The position numbers were made by a program, and so were the translations under genes. A DNA stretch of 64,000 nucleotides from an uncultured Chloroflexia bacterium (GTDB taxonomy: Bacteria; Chloroflexota; Anaerolineae; CG2-30-64-16), in assembly GCA_963810095.1 (NCBI GenBank), contig CAWEMM010000013.1:96001-160000 (forward strand), written 5' to 3'. Numbering within the stretch: position 1 is the first letter of the stretch; each line of letters begins with the position of its first letter. Below are positions 19,832-30,183 of this stretch, piece after piece. Under the pieces are notes generated by a model, which was given only the letters and a program-made list of their open reading frames with translations, made no database searches and was not told the DNA's origin.

Positions 19832-21592
19832 ATGGCACAGGAAGCCATCGAGTATCAACCCGCCGGATCGCATGTGGCAGCCATCCCGTTCGTGGAGTGG
19901 CTGACGGTGGAGCGCGCGCTGTACGGGCTTGCCACCGTGGTGGCCGTCGGCGTGCGGCTGTGGGGGCTGGGCGACACCGCACTGGGCCCGGCCGAGGCGA
20001 CGCAGGCGCTGCCCGCCTTGGCCGCGGTTCGCGGCGCCATGCCCGACCTCGTCTCGGCCAACCCATTCACGGCAATCAGCCCCCTGCTGCACGTGCTCCA
20101 GCGCGTGACGTTCCTCCTGTTCGGCGCGACGGACGGGACGGCCCGGTTCTGGCCCGCGCTGCTCGCCGGGCTGAGCCCGCTGCTGTTCTACTTCCTGCGC
20201 GGGCGGTTGGGGCAGGGTGGCGCGCTCGCGGCGGCCTTCCTCTGGGCCGTGTCGCCGCTGGGCGTGTGGAGCAGCCGGCTGGGCGTGGGCGATGCGCTGG
20301 TGCCCACACTGAGCCTGGCGCTGCTCGCCGCCGTTGCATGGCCGGGACGAGGACGCACGTGGGCCTTCTTCCTCGGGCTGTTGGCGGGGCTCCTGCTGAT
20401 CGGCGGCTCGAACGCCTATACGACGGTGCTTGCGGCGCTCCTTGCGTTGGTGTGGTTTGCGCGGGACGTGCGTCCCTGGTGGGCGGATGTGCGGCGGCAG
20501 GGCCGCTTCGTGCTGATCGGCTTGGGCGCGACGCTGCTGGTTGCCAGCTTCTTCCTGTCCGAGCCCGCTGGGCTGGCGGCCGCGGCGGCCCTGCCCGGGC
20601 GCTGGCTGTCAGACCTGGTGCCCGGCGCCGGGGAGTATGCCACGCTGGAAATCGGCTGGCGGCTGCTGCTGACGGAGTTGCTCGTGGTTGGCTTCGGCAT
20701 CGCCGGCCTGATCCTGGCGATCCGGCGCAGGGATCGATTCGGCGCGTGGCTGGGCGCGGCGACGGGCATCGCACTGCTGGTGGCACTGGTGGGCCGCGGC
20801 CGGCTGCCGGTCGACCTCGCACTCGTCGCGCTCGGATTGACCCTCCTGTCCGGTCCGGCTATCGCCCGCGTCCTCCAGAACGCCTACGAGTACCGCCGCG
20901 ACCGCGACCACTGGCTGCTGATCCTGGTGTCCATTGCGCTGCTGATCGCGGCCGCGACGGCCATTCCCAGCGGCCTCAACCAGACGAACACGGCAGAGTG
21001 GCGCTCGCTTTACCTCGGTGTCGGCATCGCCTGCTTCATCATGGCGGTAATCGTGCTGGTCGCGTATGGCGTCTGGGACTCCTGGCGCACGGTCGGGGCC
21101 GCGCTGCCGGTGGTTCTGCTTGTGTTCGGGCTGGCCTGGCAGATGGGGCAAATGGTGTCGTTGGCCTACGACCGGGGCGCTTGGCGGCAAGCGGCCATGC
21201 TGCACGAGGCGCCGGCGACCGACTTGCAGGACCTCCAGAAGCTGCTGATCAACTTTGGCGGGCTGACCGGCGGCGGCCGCGATGCGACGATCGACGTCGC
21301 GTGGCCGAACCTGGTCACCGATCCTGCGGTGCCCGTACTGCGGTGGCAGCTGCGCGATTTTGAGTCGGCGCGCTTCTCCGCTGCTCTGCCCACCGCGCCG
21401 GCCCGGGTGGTCATCACGCCTGCGGAGCAACAGGGGCGTCTCGACGGCTACTCGGGCGAGAGCTTCGGCGTGTTGCAGCGCTGGGCGCCAACGGAGTTGA
21501 ACGACTGGCCCTCGATCCTGCGCTGGGTGCTGTACCGTGAGGCGCGCACCCCGGCCGACAAGACGCCGGCGATTTTCTGGGTCCGCTGGTAG
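19832..21592 (+). CDS. GT-C/PMT-like membrane protein, TIGR03663-related, degenerate DE motif
   Basis: 'VRLWGLGDTALGPAEA' at the DE position; 'ARFWPAL' and 'SPLGVWSSR'; C-terminal 'LRWQLRDF' parallels 'LEWYLRDY' of the next gene. Confidence 0.7.
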   Translation: MAQEAIEYQPAGSHVAAIPFVEWLTVERALYGLATVVAVGVRLWGLGDTALGPAEATQALPALAAVRGAMPDLVSANPFTAISPLLHVLQRVTFLLFGATDGTARFWPALLAGLSPLLFYFLRGRLGQGGALAAAFLWAVSPLGVWSSRLGVGDALVPTLSLALLAAVAWPGRGRTWAFFLGLLAGLLLIGGSNAYTTVLAALLALVWFARDVRPWWADVRRQGRFVLIGLGATLLVASFFLSEPAGLAAAAALPGRWLSDLVPGAGEYATLEIGWRLLLTELLVVGFGIAGLILAIRRRDRFGAWLGAATGIALLVALVGRGRLPVDLALVALGLTLLSGPAIARVLQNAYEYRRDRDHWLLILVSIALLIAAATAIPSGLNQTNTAEWRSLYLGVGIACFIMAVIVLVAYGVWDSWRTVGAALPVVLLVFGLAWQMGQMVSLAYDRGAWRQAAMLHEAPATDLQDLQKLLINFGGLTGGGRDATIDVAWPNLVTDPAVPVLRWQLRDFESARFSAALPTAPARVVITPAEQQGRLDGYSGESFGVLQRWAPTELNDWPSILRWVLYREARTPADKTPAIFWVRW

Positions 21593-21612
21593 CGCTGAAC
21601 GCTCATGGATCG

Positions 21613-21688
21613 TCACAGAAAGAACCAAAGAAACCAAGGCTCCACAAAGAGCTTTGTGCAACTTGTGTTCTCGGGTTCTTCGCGGTGA
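21613..21688. repeat. Imperfect palindromic intergenic repeat (AAG/CTT 9-nt-periodic family)
   Basis: tcacagaaagaaccaaagaaaccaagg...cttgtgttctcgggttcttcgcggtga; near-copy at 25133. Confidence 0.75.
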
Positions 21689-21727
21689 ACGAACGCTCCC
21701 GCAAAAGACATTATCACGGTGGTAACT

Positions 21728-24700
21728 ATGCAGAACGCCGAAACAAAGTCTCCCGGCTTTCTTGACCGGGCCTTTATCACATTCCTGAAACTCGACGGCG
21801 AGAAGATCGCGTGGATCGTTCTGATCCTGATCGCGCTGCTGTCGCGCACCATCATGCTCGGCGCGCGGGCGATGACCCATGACGAGAGCCTGCACACGGT
21901 CTACTCGTTCCAGCTCTTCGACGGCCGCGGTTACCAGCACCAGCCGATGATGCACGGGCCGCTCAAGTTCCTGCTGAACCCCGTCATGTACTTCCTGTTC
22001 GGGGTGAACGACTGGAGCGCACGCATCCAGGTCGCGCTCTTCGGCACGGTCATGGTCGCGGTCGTCTGGGTCATGCGCCGCTGGCTGGGCCGCACAGGCG
22101 CGTTCCTGACGGCCCTCATGTATACCGTTTCGCCTGCGCTCGTGTATCACAGCCGCTACATCCGCGACGAGGTCATGCTGACCAGCCTGCTGGTGATCCT
22201 CGTGATCTGCATGTTCCGCTACCTCGAGGAGCGGTCGCTGCCCTGGCTCGTCGGCACGGCGGTAACGCTGGCATTTGCGTTTCTGACGATGGAGGCCTCT
22301 TTCATCTTCGGCGGGGTGTTCGGCATCTTCCTCGTGCTTGCACTGGCCGCACAACTGCTCACGGCGACGTGGCCGGGGCAGAACGGCGGCGCGCGGCGGG
22401 GCTCGTTCCGGGTTCTTGTCGCCGCGGCGCTGCCCCTGCTGTTTGTTGGCCTGCTCCTGGTAATCTTCAAGGCCAAGATTCCCGGCTTCGCGGCACTTGG
22501 CCTGGGCGGTCTGCTTGCACTCCTGGCGGTCGTGCTCGTCCTGAGCCAGTGGCGCTGGCGGCTGCGCATCTTCCGCGAGTTGGACCTGATCGTCTTGCTC
22601 CTCACGCTGGTGCTGCCGTTCCTGTCGGCCGTCGTGCTCAAGGCGGTGGGCTGGCAAATCAGTCAATTCAACAATCCGGGTCAGATCACGCTCCCGATGG
22701 TGTGGCAGGGGTTCCTCGTCCTGGGCATTCTGTTCGTGATCAGCGCCGTGCTCGGGTTCCTGTGGCTTCGTGAGCGATGGTTTGTCGCAGCGGGCGCGTT
22801 TTGGGCCATCGAGATCCTCTTCTTCACCACCTTCCTCACCAACGGCCAGGGCCTAGGCACGGGCTTGATCGGGTCGCTGGGCTACTGGATCGATCAGCAG
22901 GAGGTCATGCGTGGCGGTCAGCCGTGGTACTACTTCTACCTGATCGTGCCACTGTACGAGTTCATGCCGATGATCCTCAGCTTGATCGGCGGGGTCGCGG
23001 CCATCGTCTGGCTGGTCCGCCACGGCCGCGACGAGGCCCCGGTGACTGCCGAACAGGCGCGGCAGACCGCCGCGGGTGCGGCGGCGGAAATGCCGGCCCT
23101 GGGCGCGCAGAAAGTGGCGCTTGCAGACGCAGCCGGTGCGGCTGACGACGGCGGTTCATCCGCTGCTCCGCTCTCGGTGCGGACGCTTTTCGTCGCCTTC
23201 CTCATATTCTGGCCCACGGCGACCTGGGCCATCTTCACGTATGTGGGCGAAAAGATGCCGTGGCACACCGTCTACATGGCGACGTCGATGGCGCCGCTCG
23301 CGGGCTGGTGGCTCGGCCGGGTGATCGACGGCGTCGACTGGCGGGCGGGGCTGCGCAAGGGCATCGCCTGGCTCCTGTTGATGGTTCCGTTGTTCCTGGT
23401 CGCATTGAAAGCGGTTCTGCCGACCTCGACGCGGCGGCCGTTTGCGGATGTGACGGTCGGTGGATTGAGCAACACAGCGCAATGGCTGCTCGGGCTTATC
23501 GCTGCGCTGGTGCTGATCTACTTCATTTACGACCGGATCGTGGCGCTGGGCTGGGATCAGAGCTGGCGCACGATCGTGGTGAGCCTGTCCGCGCTGCTGC
23601 TGATCTTTACCGTCAGCGTTTCCTATCGTTTCAACTTCATCAACTATGACTACGCGACCGAGCCCATGGTGTACGCCCATTCGACGCCCGACGTGAAGCT
23701 CGCCATGGCGCAGATCGAGGAGCTTTCGCGCAAGACCGCGGGCGACCACGCCATTAAGGTGTCATACGACGACGACTCGACCTGGCCGCTCGAGTGGTAC
23801 CTGCGTGACTACCCGAATAAGCTCTACTTCGGGGCAAATCCATCGCGTGACGCCGTCGACTCCCCCGTCGTGTTGGTGGGCGACAAGAACCTCACGAAGG
23901 TCAAGCCGTACCTGGGCGAGCGGTATTACGAGTTCCCCTACCGGCTGATCTGGTGGCCGCGCGAGACATACAAGGGGCTGACTCTGCAGCGCATCGTCGA
24001 CGGCATTAAGGACCCGGTGCAGCGGGGCCAGTTCTGGGATATCGTGCTGCACCGCCGCTACACGACCAAGACCGCGCAGTGGGACCCGATCCACCGGTTC
24101 AGTATGTTTGTGCGGAAAGACATCGCGTCGCAGGTGTGGCAGTGGGGGGCGGCGCCGGCGACGGGTGGCGGCGAAGGCGTGCCTGCAGTGGACCCGTATG
24201 CAGCGGGCCAGAAGCAGATCGCGGCGGTCCAGCAGATCGGCGTGACCGGGCAGCCGGGGACCGGGCAGGGCCAGCTCAACTTCCCACGGGCCGTCACGGT
24301 CGACAAGGCCGGCAACGTCTACGTCGCCGACTCGGGCAACAACCGGATCGTCGTGTTCGGGCCGGACGGCACGTTCCTGCGCCAGTGGGGCTCGACGTGC
24401 AAGCTCGACACGGGCGAGGGCTGCGTGGACGGCGGCAAGGGGCAGTTCAACGAGCCGTGGGGCATCGCAGTGGGCGCCGACGGCAGCGTGTACGTCTCTG
24501 ACACGTGGAACCATCGCATCCAGAAGTTCACGAACACGGGCGAGTTCGTCACCATGTGGGGGAGCTTCGGGTCGACCGGAGGCGAGTTGGGGCAGGAGAA
24601 CCTGCTCTACGGGCCGCGCACCGTGACCGTCGGACTGGATGGCAACGTCTCGGTCATGGACACGGGCAACAAGCGCGTCCAGGTCTTCACACCCGACGGC

Positions 24701-25129
24701 GCCTTCGTCCAGCAGTGGGGCGGCGGGGGTGTGGTCGAGGGACGCTTTGACGAGCCGGTCGGCCTGGCCCAGGACGGTGATGGCAACTGGTTCGTCGCCG
24801 ACACCTGGAACAAGCGCATCCAGAAGTTCAACCCCGTGTTCGAGTACCAGGCCCAGTGGCCCGTGAACGGCTGGCCGAGCCAGTCCGTCGTGAACAAACC
24901 GGCGCTGGCAGTCGATCCCGAGCGAAAGCTCGTGTACGCAGTGGACCCGGACAACTACCGGGTGCTGGCGTGGGACACGAACGGTGCGTTCAAGGCAACG
25001 TGGGGCATGTACGGCAACGACCAGCAGTCGTTCACCCTGCCGACCGGCATTGCCGTTGGGCCGGAGGGGAAGGTGTACGTGGCCGACGGGGACTCGCACC
25101 GGATCATGATCTTCCCGCCTCTGCAGTAG
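21728..25129 (+). CDS. TIGR03663-family (PMT-like) membrane protein fused to an NHL-repeat beta-propeller
   Basis: 'MTHDESLH' DE and 'MMHGPL' HGP motifs; 'SRYIRDE'; C-terminal repeats 'F..P.G.AV...G.VYV.DT.N.RIQKF'. Confidence 0.88.
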   Translation: MQNAETKSPGFLDRAFITFLKLDGEKIAWIVLILIALLSRTIMLGARAMTHDESLHTVYSFQLFDGRGYQHQPMMHGPLKFLLNPVMYFLFGVNDWSARIQVALFGTVMVAVVWVMRRWLGRTGAFLTALMYTVSPALVYHSRYIRDEVMLTSLLVILVICMFRYLEERSLPWLVGTAVTLAFAFLTMEASFIFGGVFGIFLVLALAAQLLTATWPGQNGGARRGSFRVLVAAALPLLFVGLLLVIFKAKIPGFAALGLGGLLALLAVVLVLSQWRWRLRIFRELDLIVLLLTLVLPFLSAVVLKAVGWQISQFNNPGQITLPMVWQGFLVLGILFVISAVLGFLWLRERWFVAAGAFWAIEILFFTTFLTNGQGLGTGLIGSLGYWIDQQEVMRGGQPWYYFYLIVPLYEFMPMILSLIGGVAAIVWLVRHGRDEAPVTAEQARQTAAGAAAEMPALGAQKVALADAAGAADDGGSSAAPLSVRTLFVAFLIFWPTATWAIFTYVGEKMPWHTVYMATSMAPLAGWWLGRVIDGVDWRAGLRKGIAWLLLMVPLFLVALKAVLPTSTRRPFADVTVGGLSNTAQWLLGLIAALVLIYFIYDRIVALGWDQSWRTIVVSLSALLLIFTVSVSYRFNFINYDYATEPMVYAHSTPDVKLAMAQIEELSRKTAGDHAIKVSYDDDSTWPLEWYLRDYPNKLYFGANPSRDAVDSPVVLVGDKNLTKVKPYLGERYYEFPYRLIWWPRETYKGLTLQRIVDGIKDPVQRGQFWDIVLHRRYTTKTAQWDPIHRFSMFVRKDIASQVWQWGAAPATGGGEGVPAVDPYAAGQKQIAAVQQIGVTGQPGTGQGQLNFPRAVTVDKAGNVYVADSGNNRIVVFGPDGTFLRQWGSTCKLDTGEGCVDGGKGQFNEPWGIAVGADGSVYVSDTWNHRIQKFTNTGEFVTMWGSFGSTGGELGQENLLYGPRTVTVGLDGNVSVMDTGNKRVQVFTPDGAFVQQWGGGGVVEGRFDEPVGLAQDGDGNWFVADTWNKRIQKFNPVFEYQAQWPVNGWPSQSVVNKPALAVDPERKLVYAVDPDNYRVLAWDTNGAFKATWGMYGNDQQSFTLPTGIAVGPEGKVYVADGDSHRIMIFPPLQ

Positions 25130-25132
25130 CAG

Positions 25133-25207
25133 TCACAGTAAGAACCAAAGAAGAGAAGGTGCACAAAGAAAACTTCGTGCACCTTTTTCTCTTTGTGCCT
25201 TTGTGGT
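25133..25207. repeat. Imperfect palindromic intergenic repeat (AAG/CTT family)
   Basis: tcacagtaagaaccaaagaagagaaggtgcac...gtgcacctttttctctttgtgcctttgtggt. Confidence 0.75.
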
Positions 25208-25249
25208 ATATCATAGGTGACGTCATCCACTCACTCAAGGAGGCTTCGT

Positions 25250-25510
25250 ATGCCCGACTTGAAAACCCAGTTCGAGCAGGCCACTCAGGACGTCCAGAAG
25301 TTGCCCAAGAAGCCCGACGACAAGACCATGCTCAGCCTGTACGCGTTCTACAAACAGGCGACCACCGGCGACGTGCAGGGCGCCAGGCCGACCGGGTTTG
25401 ACATGGTGGGCAAGGCCAAGTATGACGCATGGGCGAAGGTCAAGGGCACATCCTCCGACATGGCGATGCAGGCGTACATCGAGCTGGTGAAGCGACTGCA
25501 AGGCAGCTAA
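25250..25510 (+). CDS. Acyl-CoA-binding protein (ACBP)
   Basis: 'LYAFYKQATTGD...GKAKYDAW'; AAGGAGG RBS. Confidence 0.95.
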   Translation: MPDLKTQFEQATQDVQKLPKKPDDKTMLSLYAFYKQATTGDVQGARPTGFDMVGKAKYDAWAKVKGTSSDMAMQAYIELVKRLQGS

Positions 25511-25517
25511 TGACCAG

Positions 25518-25592
25518 ACACGAAGAACCCCAGAACCTAAGTCGCACTAAGCCGGCCTTAGTAAACCTTCGGGTTCTTCCGTTCTTTGTGTG
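25518..25592. repeat. Imperfect palindromic intergenic repeat (AAG/CTT family)
   Basis: acacgaagaaccccagaacctaag...cttcgggttcttccgttctttgtgt. Confidence 0.65.
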
Positions 25593-25623
25593 AAGACAGT
25601 GATCCCAACTGCGACACCTTCCA

Positions 25624-25645
25624 GGTGACACAATGACGTGTCACC
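25624..25645. promoter_or_regulatory. Palindromic candidate operator upstream of sucC
   Basis: GGTGACAC-N6-GTGTCACC perfect inverted repeat. Confidence 0.4.
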
Positions 25646-25687
25646 CTTTGCATTTCCCTTGGCAGCTTTGACATCAGGAGGCGCGCG

Positions 25688-26860
25688 TTGAAACTGCAGG
25701 AATTCCAGGCAAAACGCATCTTTGGACAGTATGGCATTCCTGTGCCCTCGGGCGATGTGGCGACGACCCCGGCCGAGGCCCGGGCCATTGCCGAGAAGCT
25801 CGGGGGCGCGGTCGTGGTGAAGTCGCAGGTGCTGGTGGGCGGCCGCGGCAAGGCCGGGGGCATCAAGCTGGCCAAAACGCCCGATGAGGCGGAGCAGGCG
25901 GCCGGCCGTATCCTCGGGATGGACATCAAGGGACTGACCGTCAAGAAGGTGCTCGTCGACCCCGCCGCCGACATCAAGAATGAGATTTACCTCGGCATGA
26001 TCCTCGACCGGGGCCGCCGGCGTGTGATCCTGATGGCCTCGGCCGCGGGCGGCATGGACATCGAGGAAGTGGCGGCGACCACGCCTGAGAAGATTATTAC
26101 GGTGCCGATCGACCCGTGCCTGGGGCTGCGCGAGTACCAGACGCGCGATGTGGCGCTCGCCATGGGCCTGCCGCGTGAGCAAATGGCCCAGTTTACCCAG
26201 ATTTGCCAGGGTCTCTACAACTGTTACATGGGCATCGACGCGAGCCTGGCCGAGATCAACCCCCTGGCGGTGCTCGGCGATGGCACGCTCAAGGCGCTCG
26301 ACGGCAAGATCGTTCTCGACGACAGCGCCCTGTTCCGGCACGCTGACCTGGCGGCTATGCGCGACGAGGATGAGGAGACGGCAGAGGAGAAGGAAGCGCG
26401 ACTGGCGGGGCTGAGCTACATCCAGCTCGACGGGGAAATCGGCTGCATGGTCAATGGGGCCGGCCTCGCGATGGCGACCATGGATATCATCAAGCTGTAC
26501 GGGGGCGAGCCGGCGAACTTCCTCGACGTGGGCGGCGGCGCCAAGGCCGACAAGGTGGCCACCGCGCTGCGCATTATCCTGCGCGATCCAAAGGTCAAGG
26601 CCGTTCTGTTCAACATTTTCGGCGGCATCACGCGGGGCGACGAAGTGGCCCGGGGCATTCTGCAGGCCCTCCAAGAGGTGCCGACCGAGGTGCCGATGGT
26701 CGTCCGTCTGGTTGGCACGAACGCCGAGGAAGGCCGGGCAATCCTGGCCGACGCCCAGATGATGACGGCAGAAACGCTTGCCGAGGCCGCACAGAAGGCC
26801 GTCGCGGCGGCTCTAGGCGCCGGCGCACAGGGGCCTGTCGCACAGGGAGGGCACGTATGA
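25688..26860 (+). CDS. sucC: Succinyl-CoA ligase beta subunit
   Basis: 'KLQEFQAK', 'GGRGKAGG', '[11 protein letters not shown]', 'NIFGGI'; TTG start after AGGAGG. Confidence 0.97.
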   Translation: MKLQEFQAKRIFGQYGIPVPSGDVATTPAEARAIAEKLGGAVVVKSQVLVGGRGKAGGIKLAKTPDEAEQAAGRILGMDIKGLTVKKVLVDPAADIKNEIYLGMILDRGRRRVILMASAAGGMDIEEVAATTPEKIITVPIDPCLGLREYQTRDVALAMGLPREQMAQFTQICQGLYNCYMGIDASLAEINPLAVLGDGTLKALDGKIVLDDSALFRHADLAAMRDEDEETAEEKEARLAGLSYIQLDGEIGCMVNGAGLAMATMDIIKLYGGEPANFLDVGGGAKADKVATALRIILRDPKVKAVLFNIFGGITRGDEVARGILQALQEVPTEVPMVVRLVGTNAEEGRAILADAQMMTAETLAEAAQKAVAAALGAGAQGPVAQGGHV

Positions 26861-27726
26861 GCATCCTGGTCAACAAAGATACCCGCCTCGTCGTGCAGGG
26901 CATCACCGGCCGCGAGGGCGCGTTCCACACCGAGCAGATGATCGCCTACGGCACTAACGTGGTCGCCGGGGTAACCCCAGGGAAGGGTGGCGGCTGGGCG
27001 GTCGGCAATGTGCCCATCTTCGACAGCTGCGCCGAGGCGGTGAACGCAACCGGCGCCAACGTGAGCATTATCTATGTTCCGGCCAAGGCCGCGCCGGATT
27101 CGATCCTCGAAGCGGCCGACGCGCGGATCCCGCTGGTTATCTGCATCACCGAGGGCATCCCCGCGCTCGATATGCTGCGGGTCCGGGCGTACCTCGACGG
27201 CGTGAAGTCGCGCCTGATCGGGCCGAACTGCCCGGGCTTGATCACGCCGAACGAGGCAAAGGTGGGCATCATGCCCGGGTACATCCACTCCCGCGGCAAC
27301 GTGGGCCTGGTCAGCCGGTCGGGCACGCTGACGTATGAAGTGGTGTACGCGCTCACGCAGCGTGGCATCGGCCAGTCGACGGCGGTGGGCATTGGCGGCG
27401 ACCCGATCAACGGCTCCAGTTTTGTCGACGTCCTGCGGCTGTTTGAAGACGACCCCGAAACCCGCCAGGTCGTGATGATCGGCGAGATCGGCGGCACCGA
27501 CGAGGAGAAGGCCGCAGAGTTCATCGCGACCGAGATGACCAAGCCGGTCACCGCGTTCATTGCCGGGCAGACTGCGCCGCCGGGCAAACGGATGGGGCAC
27601 GCGGGCGCGATTATCAGCGGCGGCAAGGGCACGGCCGCAGACAAAATCCATGCGCTCGAGGGCGCCGGCGTGCGTGTGGCCCGGCATCCTGGCGAGATCG
27701 CCGAGCTGGTCGCTGCTCTGATGTGA
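26857..27726 (+). CDS. sucD: Succinyl-CoA ligase alpha subunit
   Basis: 'VQGITGREG', 'GPNCPG', 'SRSGTLTYE', 'RMGHAGA'. Confidence 0.97.
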   Translation: MSILVNKDTRLVVQGITGREGAFHTEQMIAYGTNVVAGVTPGKGGGWAVGNVPIFDSCAEAVNATGANVSIIYVPAKAAPDSILEAADARIPLVICITEGIPALDMLRVRAYLDGVKSRLIGPNCPGLITPNEAKVGIMPGYIHSRGNVGLVSRSGTLTYEVVYALTQRGIGQSTAVGIGGDPINGSSFVDVLRLFEDDPETRQVVMIGEIGGTDEEKAAEFIATEMTKPVTAFIAGQTAPPGKRMGHAGAIISGGKGTAADKIHALEGAGVRVARHPGEIAELVAALM

Positions 27727-27736
27727 ACCAGTCGAG

Positions 27737-27826
27737 GCCGCCACGAATTATGCGAATTGCACGAATTTGGCGAATTCCGGCTACAAGGTTCGTTCGATTC
27801 GTCGGATTCGGGTAATTCGTGGCGGC
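27737..27826. repeat. Palindromic repeat with 9-nt-periodic GAATT/ATTCG arms
   Basis: GCCGCCACGAATTA...TAATTCGTGGCGGC 14-bp terminal inverted repeat; GAATT every 9 nt. Confidence 0.8.
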
Positions 27827-27842
27827 GCCGCAGGCAGACAGC

Positions 27843-29360
27843 ATGATCGATCAAGTCATCGAGTTTGTACGACGTGAGGGGCGACCGGCGTGGCTGGTCG
27901 GCGGGTATGTGCGCGACCGGCTGATGGAACGCGAGACCCACGACCTGGACGTCATCGTTCCCGACGGCGGTATTCGATTGGCGCGCCGGCTGGCCGATGC
28001 GCTGCACGGGGCGTCCTTCATCCTCGACGCCGCCCGCGACGTCGGGCGCGCTATCATCCCACTCCCGGGCGGCGACTCGCTTGAGGTCGACGTCGCGCGG
28101 CTGCGCGAGCCGGACCTTGCCGACGACCTTGCCCTGCGCGATTTCACCGTCAATGCGATGGCGCGGGACCTGACGCGTGCGGACCTCGCCCTCGTCGACC
28201 CGTTCGACGGCCAGGCCGACCTCGGGCGCAGGCTGCTGCGAGCCGTCACCGAGGGCGCGTTTGTCGACGATCCACTGCGCATTCTGCGCGGGGTGCGCAT
28301 GGTAGCCGAGATGGGCTTCCGGATCGAAGGCGCGACGTTCAACCTGATGCGCCGGGACGCCTATTTGCTGCCTTCTGCCGCGCCCGAGCGCGGGCGCGAA
28401 GAACTGATGCGAATCATTGTCGCGCCTTCGGGCTGGCAACACCTGCGCCTGCTGTCTGAGTTGGCGCTGCTGCAGTACGTGCTGCCTGAGTCGGCCGCGC
28501 AGGTGGGGGTGGCGCAATCGCCGCCGCATTACCAGGATGTTTTCGACCACAGCCGGAGCGTGCTGGGTCACCTGTCCGGCCTCTACGCACTCATTTGGCC
28601 CGGTGGACCGTTCGGCCTGCCCGTTCCGGGCGATGACGCGACAGTCGTCGCGAGCGGGGGCCAGTGGGAGCAGGTAAGCGAGCTTCTGGCGCCCTACCAG
28701 GCAGAATTGCGCGGGCACCTGCAACTGCCCCTGGCGGCCGGCCGCACGCGGCGGGACCTGCTGTGTTGGGCCGCGGTCGCGCACGACTGGGGCAAGCCGG
28801 CCAAGCGGACGTTGGAAGGCGAGACGGGGCGCATCCGGTTCTTCGATCACGATCACTGGGGGGCGCTGTTGGTCGAGGCGCGGCTGGGCGCACTGCGGTT
28901 TTCAGGCGACGAGATCGCCTACGTGGCGCGGCTGACCGACCTCCACATGCGGCCCGGCGAGTTGGCGCACGAATACCCGTTCACCCGCCGAGCGGAGTAC
29001 CGCTTCTTCAGGGATGCGGAGAGCGCGGGGCCCGACGTGGTGCTGCTGAGCCTGGCTGACCATTTGGCCACCCATGCCCGCGCTCCCGAGGCGGGGCGGT
29101 GGGAGACGCGGCTGAAGACCAGCGCCCAACTGCTCGAATCGTTCTTTCGCGCCCATGCGCAGCGTGTGGCGCCTGCCCCGCTCCTCAACGGCCGGCAGGT
29201 CATGGCCGAACTGGACCTGCCGCCCGGTCCGCAGATCGGGCAGTTGCTCGACGGACTCCGCGAGGCCCAGGCAACCGGCGAGGTGCGCTCTGAAGCGGAA
29301 GCGTGGGCGTGGCTGGCGGCGCAGGCCGAGCCGCAGCGGGCGGTGCGAGGACAGGACTGA
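27843..29360 (+). CDS. CCA-adding tRNA nucleotidyltransferase / poly(A) polymerase family with HD domain
   Basis: 'VGGYVRD..DLD', 'RDFTVNAMA', 'DDPLRILR', 'HDWGK'. Confidence 0.9.
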   Translation: MIDQVIEFVRREGRPAWLVGGYVRDRLMERETHDLDVIVPDGGIRLARRLADALHGASFILDAARDVGRAIIPLPGGDSLEVDVARLREPDLADDLALRDFTVNAMARDLTRADLALVDPFDGQADLGRRLLRAVTEGAFVDDPLRILRGVRMVAEMGFRIEGATFNLMRRDAYLLPSAAPERGREELMRIIVAPSGWQHLRLLSELALLQYVLPESAAQVGVAQSPPHYQDVFDHSRSVLGHLSGLYALIWPGGPFGLPVPGDDATVVASGGQWEQVSELLAPYQAELRGHLQLPLAAGRTRRDLLCWAAVAHDWGKPAKRTLEGETGRIRFFDHDHWGALLVEARLGALRFSGDEIAYVARLTDLHMRPGELAHEYPFTRRAEYRFFRDAESAGPDVVLLSLADHLATHARAPEAGRWETRLKTSAQLLESFFRAHAQRVAPAPLLNGRQVMAELDLPPGPQIGQLLDGLREAQATGEVRSEAEAWAWLAAQAEPQRAVRGQD

Positions 29361-30098
29361 TGCTGGCCGTCGAGATTGCGGTCGCCAAGGTTGCCAAGTA
29401 CGCGGTGCGCGAGAGCGGCGACTCGGTGGAAGTGATCGAGCGGCCCAACGGCGGGCTTTCCGTCGTGATGGTGGATGGGCAGCGGAGCGGGCTCTCGGCC
29501 AAGGCGATCAGCAATCTCGCGGTGCGGAAGGCGATCAGCCTGCTGGCGGAGGGGGTGCGGGACGGCGCCGTCGCGCGCGACGCACGACTTCCTGCGGACG
29601 CAGCGCGGCGGACAGGTCTCTGCCGAGCTGACTATCCTGTCGGTTGATCTTGAATCGCGCACGATCGTCGTGTCTCGGAACTCCCAATGTCCGGTGATGA
29701 TCTGGGAGGCGCCGTGCGAGGGCGCGGAGCCCAAGTGGACCGCGCTGGACGAGCCGGCCAGCACCGTGGGCGTGGGCAGCCGGGTCAAGCCGGTGATTTC
29801 CGAGCGGGCGCTGGCAGCCGAGCAGGTATTCGTGGCCTTCACCGACGGCGTCCTGCACGCCGGCATGCGCAGTGGGATGCCGCTGAACGTGTCGGCCGTC
29901 CTCGAGGGTCTCTGTGGAGGCGCCCTACCTGCGGCGCAGTTCCTGGCCGATTGCTTGCTAAACGCAGCCCTGCACGCGGATGCGAACCGGCCGGGCGACG
30001 ACACGACCGTCGTCGTCCTTCGGGTCTTCGAACGCCAGCCGGAAGATCCTCTACAGGTCCGGCGAATGACGGTTTCATTCCCCGTGCCGGCGGTTTAG
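29360..30098 (+). pseudogene. PP2C/SpoIIE-like phosphatase with frameshift in a (GC)n run near 29575 (possibly a sequencing error)
   Basis: 'ESGD..VDGQRSG' in ORF 29303..29647 joins 'FTDGV...GDDTTV' in ORF 29475..30098. Confidence 0.8.
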
Positions 30099-30100
30099 AA

Positions 30101-30173
30101 ACCACAAAGACACGAAGGCTCGAAGGCGCCCCAAGCTGCTCCGCATGCCTTTGGTTCTTCGGTCCTTTGTGGT
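30101..30173. repeat. Palindromic intergenic repeat (ACCACAAAG...CTTTGTGGT)
   Basis: 9-bp perfect terminal inverted repeat; AAG/CTT periodic arms. Confidence 0.8.
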
Positions 30174-30183
30174 GAGGTGGTGT

